From Planctomycetota bacterium (lineage in GTDB: Bacteria > Planctomycetota > Planctomycetia > Pirellulales > Thermoguttaceae), in NCBI GenBank assembly GCA_043824335.1, contig JBDRTC010000212.1:1-42197 (forward strand): 42,197 nt of DNA. Direction: 5' to 3'. Below are positions 1 to 7,505 of the stretch, in pieces (position 1 is the stretch's first letter; the number at the start of each line of letters is the position of its first letter). The notes beneath the pieces were generated by a model, which did not search any database, was not told the origin of the DNA, and worked only from the letters and a program-made list of their open reading frames with translations. The position numbers and the translations under genes are program-made.

Positions 1-212
1 GCTCCCGCAACGCCTGCGACCAACATTGTCGGGCCTGGGCCTTGCTCTACAACTTCACTCCGTGGCATCCGGCCACGGCGGAAGACAACCACGGCTGGCA
101 AAGCCCAGCCGAACGCCTCAACAGGCACCGCTACCATGACAACTGGCTCCAAAACCTCTTCGTCTCCGCTTCCCTCGGTGGATACCGGAATCACCCTCCC
201 CAAAATCCGTGA
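1..212 (+). mobile_element. 3' end of a DDE/rve-type transposase (partial, N-terminus outside window)
   Basis: Frame-3 reading is open from the window edge to TGA at 210-212. The translated tail ..RAWALLYNFTPWHPATAEDNHGWQSPAERLNRHRYHDNWLQNL.. resembles the C-terminal YNxxRPH...(S/T)PAE tail of integrase-core transposases. The family was not identified. Confidence 0.4.
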
Positions 213-230
213 CGGTCAGAGGTTTGGGTT

Positions 231-818
231 GTGCATGACGCAAGGCCACAAGATGAGATAGGTGACGAACAACGCGCCGCCATGCTGGTCGATGCCTGTG
301 ACAGAATTCGCGCACAGGTCGGCAAGATTGTGGTTGGGCAAGACCAGGTAATGGAGCAACTGCTGATCGCGATTCTGGCTCGCGGTCACTGTCTCCTGGA
401 AGGCGTTCCCGGCCTGGCCAAAACCCTAATGGTGCGTTCGCTGGCGCAGGCGATGGATCTGTCGTTTCACCGTATCCAGTTCACGCCCGACCTCATGCCG
501 GCCGACATCACCGGCACCGATATCATCCAAGAAGACCCCGGCACGGGCCATCGCCGGATGGTGTTTGAGCGGGGACCGGTCTTCACCCAGATGTTGTTGG
601 CCGACGAGATTAACCGCACTCCTCCCAAAACACAAGCCGCGCTCTTGGAGGCCATGCAAGAGCACGAAGTCACCGTGGGCGGCACGACCTACCCGTTGGA
701 CGAACCGTTCTTCGTGTTGGCTACGCAGAACCCGATCGAGCAGGAAGGCACCTATCCGCTTCCCGAGGCCCAGCGCGACCGTTTTCTCTTTCACGTGGTG
801 GTCGACTACCCCGACCGG
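231..818 (+). pseudogene. MoxR-like AAA+ ATPase, 3'-truncated (ORF runs on in junk frame to 1124)
   Basis: GTG start. The first ~195 aa are clearly MoxR/AAA_3: [11 protein letters not shown] Walker A, LLADEINR Walker [27 protein letters not shown], ..VVVDYPD. The C-terminal lid region expected in this family is absent. After ~818 the frame becomes R/P-rich nonsense. Confidence 0.75.
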
Positions 819-1290
819 AGGCAAAGTCACCCACCTTCGGGTGATTATCGACGGACTGCAGAAATCGCGACCCCGGCACGAGACCGAACTCGGCCACGTG
901 TTCCACGAACTGGTGCCCAAGCTCCATCGGCGGGGTCTCTTGATCGTCATTTCCGACCTCTTCGGCGACGTCGACGAACTGCTCAAGGCCCTGGCCCACT
1001 TCCGCCACGCCAAGCACGAAATGATCCTCTTTCAGGTCTGGGACCCCGACGAGCTGGATTTTCCCTTCAGACAGTGGACCCGCTTCGAGTCGCTGGAGAG
1101 GGCCGGAGATCGCCGCCTGATTGACCCCGCCCACTTGAGGCACGCATACCTGGAGAACCTGCGGCAATTTCGCCAGCAATTGACTGCCGGCTGCCACCGC
1201 CACCGCATCGATCTGGTCCCCATGACCACCGACCAGCCCTATGCCGCCGCCCTGGCCTCCTACCTGGCGATGCGGAGGTGGCTGAAGTGA
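819..1290 (+). pseudogene. DUF58 (vWA-like, MoxR-partner) protein, 5'-truncated remnant
   Basis: A different frame (that of ORF 565..1290) reads ..[63 protein letters not shown]... This is the typical C-terminal half of DUF58 proteins. No plausible N-terminal half or start codon is present. The stop TGA at 1288-1290 overlaps the next start. Confidence 0.7.
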
Positions 1291-1856
1291 CCTTCCTCAA
1301 CGGCGCGCTGGCCTTTGGAGCCGCGGCGTTTGCCATTCCCCTGATCATCCACCTGCTCAATCGGAGCCGGTTCAGGACCATCCGGTGGGGAGCCATGCAT
1401 CTCTTGGAAGCCGTCGTTCGCGTCAACACCAGGCGGCTCCGCATCGAACAACTGATATTGCTGGCGGTTCGCTGCGCGATTCCAATCCTTTTGGCCTTCT
1501 GCCTGGCCCGGCTGGTGCTGACCGGCTGGCAGGCTTTGCCGGGCGACGCCCCAACCTCCGCCGTCATCCTACTGGACAACAGCTATTCCATGGACGCCGC
1601 CGGCAATGGGAGTCCCCACTTCGCCCAGGCCATCGACCATGCCCGCCAGATAGTCGGCGCGCTCAGCCGTGGTTCCGAAGTAGCAGTCATCCAGACCGGC
1701 GGCGGCCCCACGCCGCTCTTTGACAGCCCGGTCTTCGATCCCAAGGCCGTCACCGGACAACTCCGGCTCTTGGACGGTGGCTACGGTGCCAGTCAGATGC
1801 CCGAGTCGTTCGATTTCGGGCTCGGCGTTTTGCAGGACATGGCCAACACCCGCCGC
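1287..1856 (+). pseudogene. BatA_N / vWA membrane protein, 3'-truncated (ORF continues as antisense junk to 2039)
   Basis: GTG at 1287 follows GGAGG at 1274-1278. The N-terminus [29 protein letters not shown] is the aerotolerance-regulator N-terminal motif. A second TM segment and the vWA MIDAS motif [11 protein letters not shown] follow. Homology-like sequence stops near ..LQDMANTRR (about 1856). Beyond that the frame is antisense to a TetR fragment. Confidence 0.7.
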
Positions 1857-2012
1857 GATGTTTGCCCCCGCCCGGTCGCAGATTTCGCGCACCGTGGCCT
1901 TCAGAAAACCCTTCTCGGCGAAAATCTCGCCGGCAGCTTCCAGCAGGCGATGCCGGGTGTCGTCCACCTCTTGACCCATCGTGCCAGCCTCGGGGTCAAA
2001 CGTGTGTTTCAA
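1851..2012 (-). pseudogene. TetR-family regulator, N-terminal HTH fragment only (~54 aa)
   Basis: The minus-strand ORF starts [54 protein letters not shown], a canonical TetR_N HTH. It then runs into antisense BatA sequence. No ligand-binding domain is present. Confidence 0.7.
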
Positions 2013-2070
2013 TCGCGTATTTGCATCCGTCGAGACTGATTCTACATTGCGGGCCCGGTCCGGCCAAGGC

Positions 2071-2084
2071 AGATCGCGCGATCT
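2071..2084. promoter_or_regulatory. Perfect 14-bp palindrome AGATCGCGCGATCT in the tetR-fragment/crotonase divergent region (candidate operator)
   Basis: Read directly from the sequence. It lies between the TetR-fragment start (2012) and the crotonase start (2192). Confidence 0.3.
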
Positions 2085-2191
2085 TGGAGGCAGAAGATAC
2101 CCATGTAGCGCCTGGGTTGAGTCGCCTTCAGCGTCTTGCTAGACTCAGGGTATTGGGGAAAGCTTCGCCGCACGGCAAGGGAGGGTTTGCC

Positions 2192-2968
2192 ATGAACGAG
2201 ACAATCGATTTTCCGGGGCCGGAATCGCCATGGTTCTTCACGACGGAAGACCACGGCGAGCTTAGCGTCTTGAGATTCGGCTGCCACCTTCCGGAACGAG
2301 CGGCCGATCTTGGGCAGGCGCAAAAGCTGTGGGACTTCCTTGAGGGCTCGCACGCCGCTGCGAGAAAAGTCCTCCTCATCACAACACAGCCTGGAAGCCT
2401 GTCTCCGGCCAGTTTGGACGAATTCTGGGAGCATGTGCATGGTGATCATGCGAGAATGGGCTTCTCTCCCGGCGAATCGCTGGCCACCGTAGAACTTGCC
2501 CGAGAGGGGAACGCATTCCGGCGGTTCGTCGAAGTGATTCGGAGTATCGACGCCTTTTCGATCATGACGATGGAAGGCAAATGTGATCTCTGCTTCCTCG
2601 GAACCGCGCTGGCGTGCGACTACCGCATCGTTACGGATGGGACCGTTTTCGTGAATCGCTTTTTTGACTCCGAGGTGACACCCGGCGTACTGCCCTGGTT
2701 TCTAGTCAGGTTCATCGGCCAAGGGAGAGCTGCCCAGATCATGCACCAGACCCGGCCCCTCGATGCTCATGAGGCCTACGGTTTGAGCCTGGTCGACGAC
2801 GTCACTTCCTCTGACGACCTGGAAGCGGTAGCGATGGGCGTCGCCAGGGAATTCGCCGCCAAGCCAGCAAAAGCCCTACGCGCAGTCAAGAAAAGCCTGG
2901 CCGCCTCATTTGAGGATCTTCGCACGTACCTTGACCACATCGGCACGGGGTTTCAGCACGTACGGTAG
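2192..2968 (+). CDS. Enoyl-CoA hydratase/isomerase (crotonase) family protein
   Basis: ATG at 2192 is preceded by AAGGGAGGG. The crotonase core pattern is present: ..MEGKCDLCFLGTALACDYRIVTDGTVFVNRF..PGVLPWFLVRFIGQGRAAQIMHQTRPLDAHEAYGLSLVDDV... The upstream part of ORF 1862..2968 is discounted. Confidence 0.65.
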   Translation: MNETIDFPGPESPWFFTTEDHGELSVLRFGCHLPERAADLGQAQKLWDFLEGSHAAARKVLLITTQPGSLSPASLDEFWEHVHGDHARMGFSPGESLATVELAREGNAFRRFVEVIRSIDAFSIMTMEGKCDLCFLGTALACDYRIVTDGTVFVNRFFDSEVTPGVLPWFLVRFIGQGRAAQIMHQTRPLDAHEAYGLSLVDDVTSSDDLEAVAMGVAREFAAKPAKALRAVKKSLAASFEDLRTYLDHIGTGFQHVR

Positions 2969-2988
2969 ATCTCCTCCGCGAAACGCTG

Positions 2989-3432
2989 TCATTTGCCCGT
3001 ACCGGCTGTCGCGTCGCACCGAAGCTCTGTGGGACGGCAAGTGCCGGGCGGTCCGCACTTGTAGTAATTCGGGTATCGACACGGCCGAACGACGCTCGGG
3101 CATCTCTTGGGACAGTAATCGTCACAGCAGCCGCACATTGCAGGCAGGCAAAAACCAGGGCATTTCTTCGGACAGTAATCATCGCAGGAACCGCACGTGG
3201 GCGGCAAGCAGAAGCGGGGACATTGCTTGGGGCAATAATCGTCAGGACAGCAACAAGTCAGCCGGGAACACTTGGCACAGCAGTCGGTTTTCACGGGGGT
3301 ACACGCATCGGAGCACGCAACGTCGCGGGCTATCCCGCTTCCGAACGTATAGCCCAACAACTCGAATCCGAACCCTGGCGCACCGCAGCCAACGCTGAGT
3401 ATCATAGCGCCGAGCCAAATATGCCATTTCAT
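2989..3432 (-). CDS. Secreted cysteine-rich repeat protein (CxxDDYCPKxCPxFCLP repeats)
   Basis: N-terminal signal peptide MKWHIWLGAMILSVGCG. About 26 Cys in 147 aa. There are three 20-aa repeats containing DDYCPK(Q/K/R)CP. The ATG lies 3 nt after the OMF stop codon, indicating the same operon. Confidence 0.7.
   Translation of the reverse strand: MKWHIWLGAMILSVGCGAPGFGFELLGYTFGSGIARDVACSDACTPVKTDCCAKCSRLTCCCPDDYCPKQCPRFCLPPTCGSCDDYCPKKCPGFCLPAMCGCCDDYCPKRCPSVVRPCRYPNYYKCGPPGTCRPTELRCDATAGTGK
3079..3255 (-). repeat. Three tandem ~60-bp coding repeats inside the Cys-rich gene
   Basis: The plus strand shows gggcatctcttgggacagtaatcgtcacagcagccgcac.. / gggcatttcttcggacagtaatcatcgcaggaaccgcac.. 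/ ggacattgcttggggcaataatcgtcaggacagcaac.. with 60-bp periodicity. Confidence 0.8.
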
Positions 3433-3435
3433 CGC

Positions 3436-5208
3436 TCAATCTCTCGTTTCTGGGAGAATTGCCGGGTTTGGGACCGCGTGGAGTTGAACCCCCTCGTTCA
3501 ACTGTGGTCTGGCAGGATCGCCGGCGTTAGGCGGACCAGCCGGCGGCGCGGACGGCACCGGCAGCGGTTCGGCGGGAAGCGGGGCATGATCATCCGGTTG
3601 AGCCTCTTCTTGGAAGGGCGTGTCTACTTGACCTGAGAGGGGCGCATCGGGCGCGTAACGCATCCGCCAGCCGCCACCGATGGCTTTGTATACGGCGACA
3701 AGGTTCATCGCGATCTTGCCCCGACTTTCGGCCAGGGTGTCCTGCTGCAATACGAGGGTCCGTTGAGAATCGAGGACCCGCTGGTAATCGATCACGCCCT
3801 GGTCGTACAGACGCAAGCCTTTTCTCAGTGCCTGCTCGATTTCGTGGACCGCTCGGTCAAGCGATTCAACTCGCTCTTGCTCGTGTAAGAAACTGACGAT
3901 GGCGTCCTCCACCTCTTTGTTTGCCATCAGAACGGTGTTTTGATAGTCGATCACGGCTTGCTTGAAGCGAGCATCCTCGGCACGAACACTGTTCGCGATT
4001 CGGCCGTAATTCAGGATGTTCCACTGGAAGCCGGGTCCCACCCCTCCGGCAAGGCTGCTCCCCCTGAAAATGTCGCTGAATTGCTCGGCGTCGAGAGAGA
4101 TCATGCCGGAGATTCCAATCCGCGGATAGAACTCGGACGCGGCAATGCCTATGCGGGCGGATTGGACCGCCGCCTCGCGCTCGGCCCGACGGACGTCGGG
4201 GCGCCGGCGGAGCAGCTCGGCAGGAATCCCGACGACAACCTGCGGAGGGGCAGTCGGGATCGGCTGCGGCTGGCCGAGTTCCTCTTGGAGATTACGAAGA
4301 GGAATTCCCAGCAGGATGCACAGGGCATTCTGAACCTTGCGACGGTTCTCTTCCAATGCGGGGACGAGCGACTCCGTGATCGCAAGGATCGCCTTGGCTT
4401 GCCGCACGTCGATCTCGCTCACTACGCCGCCTTGAAAACGCCGTTCGATGATTACCAGCGCCTCCTTCTGGAGCGCGATGTTCTTTCGCACGAGCACGAG
4501 GCGCTCTTCAAGAGTGCGCATCTGGATGTAAGCGGCGGCCACTTCCGCTTGGAGAATGACCAACACGTCGTCGTAGTCCTCGATTTGGGCATTCAGGTTT
4601 GCATCGGCGGCTTCGATCCCTCGGCGAATCCTGCCCCAGATGTCGAGTTCCCACGCTGCGTCGAATCCCACGGTCCATTCGTCGAACTCCCTATTACCCG
4701 GAAACGCCCCGAAGGGGAATGAATTATCGCTGAACTTGTTGCGTGAATAGGCCCCCGTCATTCGTTGTTGCTGTGGGAACAGATTGCCTGCGGCGATTCC
4801 TCGCTGTGCGCGAGCTTCCAGGATTCGCAACCCTGCCTTCTTCAGAGGCAGATTCTGCTCGTAGGCGGTGTAGATCAATTCATTGAGGACAGGGTCGTTG
4901 AACACCGTCCACCAGTAACTGTAGTCGGTTGCCTCGCTCTTGACGTTCGGGTCGCCGGCGTCGATCCACTCATCTGCAACGGGCGCCGGGGGTCGGCCGT
5001 AATTCGGCCCAACCTTCAATCCGTTTTGCCACCACTGGCGGGTGCTTGTGCATCCAGCGAACAGACAGACGGCAATCGCCACACCTGCTATCAGTGTACA
5101 CCTCTGGGGGGTAGCTTCGTTGGCTCTATCCAAAATGTGGAACCTCATGACGCCGCCTTCTGGAAGACTGGTGATATTGGGTTGTCTAGGAGGAGGCGAA
5201 TCGGGCAT
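3436..5208 (-). CDS. RND efflux outer-membrane factor lipoprotein (NodT/OprM family) with Pro-rich C-terminal tail
   Basis: Lipobox ..AVCLFAGCTS. Two OEP repeats are typical of NodT-type OMFs. ATG at 5208 follows AGGAGGG; alternatives are GTG at 5226 and ATG at 5148. The C-terminal ~60 aa is a P/A-rich extension. Confidence 0.85.
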   Translation of the reverse strand: MPDSPPPRQPNITSLPEGGVMRFHILDRANEATPQRCTLIAGVAIAVCLFAGCTSTRQWWQNGLKVGPNYGRPPAPVADEWIDAGDPNVKSEATDYSYWWTVFNDPVLNELIYTAYEQNLPLKKAGLRILEARAQRGIAAGNLFPQQQRMTGAYSRNKFSDNSFPFGAFPGNREFDEWTVGFDAAWELDIWGRIRRGIEAADANLNAQIEDYDDVLVILQAEVAAAYIQMRTLEERLVLVRKNIALQKEALVIIERRFQGGVVSEIDVRQAKAILAITESLVPALEENRRKVQNALCILLGIPLRNLQEELGQPQPIPTAPPQVVVGIPAELLRRRPDVRRAEREAAVQSARIGIAASEFYPRIGISGMISLDAEQFSDIFRGSSLAGGVGPGFQWNILNYGRIANSVRAEDARFKQAVIDYQNTVLMANKEVEDAIVSFLHEQERVESLDRAVHEIEQALRKGLRLYDQGVIDYQRVLDSQRTLVLQQDTLAESRGKIAMNLVAVYKAIGGGWRMRYAPDAPLSGQVDTPFQEEAQPDDHAPLPAEPLPVPSAPPAGPPNAGDPARPQLNEGVQLHAVPNPAILPETRD

Positions 5209-5340
5209 ACGACCCTCCTGATTCACAAAACCGGGATTTCCGCGCGGACCCGCCTCATCCGCCTTATCGGCAACCCTCTTTTCGTGGCATGACCGAAAAT
5301 TCCGTGGACTATACCGATTGACCTAGACGAACAACTGATA

Positions 5341-5367
5341 AGTCACGTAGAATGACTAAGTAGTCAC
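5341..5367. promoter_or_regulatory. Candidate TetR operator: three AGTCA(C)/TGACT half-sites (AGTCACgtagaaTGACTaagtAGTCAC)
   Basis: Overlapping inverted repeats sit in the AT-rich divergent region between the OMF gene (start 5208) and tetR (start 5424). Confidence 0.4.
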
Positions 5368-5423
5368 AAGATTGATCACCCGGTTTCCCATAAGCAACAC
5401 TCGGGTAAGTTGCGGAGAAAGCC

Positions 5424-6047
5424 ATGACAGAGTTGGCGGAACGGCGGAAAGAGCTTCTCGATTCGATGATGAGAGAAGCCGTCTACGAGGGCGCTGTGGC
5501 CGTCTTGAAAGAGCATGGATTGAACGGCACGACGATGGATCGCGTGGCGGCCGCTGCGGGGATGGCCAAGGGCAGCCTCTACAACCATTTTCGCAACAAG
5601 CAGGAGCTTCTGGAGTTCGTCCATGACAGGGCGGTCGCTCCGATGCAGGAGGCGCTTGAGGATATCGTCAAGAACAGACTCTGCGCAGCGGAGAAGCTCG
5701 CGTCGATTTCCCGCTTGTGGCGTGAGTATCTTGTGAAGCACCATGCGGTGTTCGAGTTCCTCATCAACGACCATGCGGCCAAGCGGCTCTTGAGAGACAC
5801 GGAACAGACCACTCGTGCCTCCGGGATCAAACAGATTGCCACCATCATTGAGCAGGGCATCGAAGAAGGGGCGTTTCGGCCGGTCGATGCTACTGCGGCT
5901 GCGGAAATGTTTGTCAGTGCCTCGATTGGCATGGTGGAACACGAGTTCGCGGCGGGCATAACCAGGCCGGTGGACAAGGCGGTCGACGTGCTGATGGGGG
6001 TCTTCTTACACGGCCTGTGTGCGGCCGAAGGGGATTGTCAGGGTTGA
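5424..6047 (+). CDS. TetR/AcrR-family transcriptional regulator
   Basis: ATG follows GGAGA. TetR_N HTH ..GLNGTTMDRVAAAAGMAKGSLYNHFRNKQELL.. plus a helical C-terminal domain. It is divergent from the OMF and upstream of MFP/RND. Confidence 0.85.
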   Translation: MTELAERRKELLDSMMREAVYEGAVAVLKEHGLNGTTMDRVAAAAGMAKGSLYNHFRNKQELLEFVHDRAVAPMQEALEDIVKNRLCAAEKLASISRLWREYLVKHHAVFEFLINDHAAKRLLRDTEQTTRASGIKQIATIIEQGIEEGAFRPVDATAAAEMFVSASIGMVEHEFAAGITRPVDKAVDVLMGVFLHGLCAAEGDCQG

Positions 6048-6186
6048 GGTCCGAGTGCAACGGATCTCCAGGAACCGTGTACGCTTGGCGGTCGAAGCCC
6101 CTGAGAACGTGGGCGTTGACCGGGGAGAAATCTGGCTTCAGAAGCACAAGGATGGCGAATGTGCGACAAAACAGTTGCCGAAATAG
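6019..6186 (+). pseudogene. csrA: CsrA-like (carbon storage regulator) remnant lacking an intact N-terminal strand
   Basis: This frame is not in the ORF track. It reads ..KGIVRVEVRVQRISRNRVRLAVEAPENVGVDRGEIWLQKHKDGE..*, matching the CsrA core (..V.V..i.gN.VRLgieAP..V.v.R.Ei). The only in-frame start is GTG at 6019, with no RBS. The MLVLTRK..GE..I segment is missing in this frame. Confidence 0.5.
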
Positions 6187-6296
6187 CAGTGGTCTCGAAG
6201 GCACCCACGGCCAGTCCCAGGGCGCGGCGCTCCGCAGGCACGAGCGGCCGGCCGCCTGTTGAAACTCGGGACCAGAGATTGAGGAAGACCGGAGGA

Positions 6297-7505
6297 ATGA
6301 AAATGCTCACCAAAGGTGTAATCGCCGTGGCCGTGACCGTTGTCTTGGCGGGCGCAGGTGTCGGCGTATATTCTGTTTCGCAAACCGGGGACGTGACGCC
6401 GGAGAATGCAATTCCAGACGAAACAGGAAAACGCATACCTGTCGTCCTCACGCCCGCAAAGACAATGACTTTTGAAGATCGGATTGTAGTGGCGGGCAGT
6501 ATCGAGGCAAAGCAGTTCGCACTCGTATCGGCGCGGATACCCGGCACACTGGACGCAGTGTATGTCGATGAGGGGGACTCGGTCGAAGCCGGTAAGACGA
6601 AACTGTTTCAGACCGATTCCTTGAAGCTATCCAAGGCCGTGGCCATGGCCGAGCAGGGCCTCAGCGTGGCGGAGTGCTCAGTGAAGGAAAAGGAAGCCAG
6701 CCTGGAGCAAGTGCTGGCCGACAAGGAACAGGCGGAAGTGGACCTGAAACGCTACCAAGACTTGGGCCAAGACAATGCCGTTCCGAAACAGTTGGTCGAG
6801 CACCAGGAATCGAAGTTCAAGCAGTCATTAGCCATGGTCAAACACGCGGAGGCCCTGCTGGCGCTGGAGAAGAACAAGCTTGAGCAAACCCGCTTGTCAT
6901 TGACGATGGCCGAAAAGGACCTGGCAGACTCCTTGGTGCTGGCGCCTATCTCAGGGCGTGTGTCGCAGCGTTCCAAGGAACCGGGAGAGATGGCTGGTGC
7001 GGGCACGCAGGTGTTGAGGATTGAAGATCTGTCCGTCGTCGAGATATCAGCGTTCCTCCCGGAGCAATACTACGCCCGAGTCGTCGCTGGTCAGACAGAA
7101 ATGCGCGTGCGCGTCGCCGGCATGGACTTGGGCACTCGACACGTAACTTACAAGAGCCCCACGGTTGATCCGAAGCTTCGCACGTTTGAAGTCGAGGGGA
7201 CCGTCGAATCTCCGCCGGCCGGTCTGGTCCCCGGGTGTCTGGCAGAGATAACCATCGTCATGGATGGCCGGTCGGGCGTGGGGGTGCCGACTGCCGCCGT
7301 CCAACGGCGCGGCGGGGGTTCCGTCGTGTTCGCCGTCGACGGAGAACAGGCACGGACGATTCAGGTCAAGACGGGTCGCGAAATGGACGGATGGACGGAA
7401 ATCGCCGAAGGTGAGTTGCCGGCTGCCACCCCCGTGGTCACGATGGGACAGCACTTGGTTGAGGACGGCACGCCGGTTTCGGCCGTCAAGGAGGTCGCGC
7501 GATGA
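6297..7505 (+). CDS. RND efflux periplasmic adaptor (membrane fusion protein, HlyD/AcrA family)
   Basis: ATG at 6297 follows GAGGAAG/GGAGGA. An N-terminal TM anchor MKMLTKGVIAVAVTVVLAG is followed by lipoyl, coiled-coil hairpin and beta-barrel patterns. The stop overlaps the RND start (ATGA). Confidence 0.85.
   Translation: MKMLTKGVIAVAVTVVLAGAGVGVYSVSQTGDVTPENAIPDETGKRIPVVLTPAKTMTFEDRIVVAGSIEAKQFALVSARIPGTLDAVYVDEGDSVEAGKTKLFQTDSLKLSKAVAMAEQGLSVAECSVKEKEASLEQVLADKEQAEVDLKRYQDLGQDNAVPKQLVEHQESKFKQSLAMVKHAEALLALEKNKLEQTRLSLTMAEKDLADSLVLAPISGRVSQRSKEPGEMAGAGTQVLRIEDLSVVEISAFLPEQYYARVVAGQTEMRVRVAGMDLGTRHVTYKSPTVDPKLRTFEVEGTVESPPAGLVPGCLAEITIVMDGRSGVGVPTAAVQRRGGGSVVFAVDGEQARTIQVKTGREMDGWTEIAEGELPAATPVVTMGQHLVEDGTPVSAVKEVAR

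Noticed and set aside
780-1290. Programmed ribosomal frameshift producing a MoxR-DUF58 fusion
   Set aside because: The problem is not only a frame change. Large conserved portions of both families (the MoxR lid and the DUF58 N-terminal half) are missing, so a deletion is the simpler explanation.
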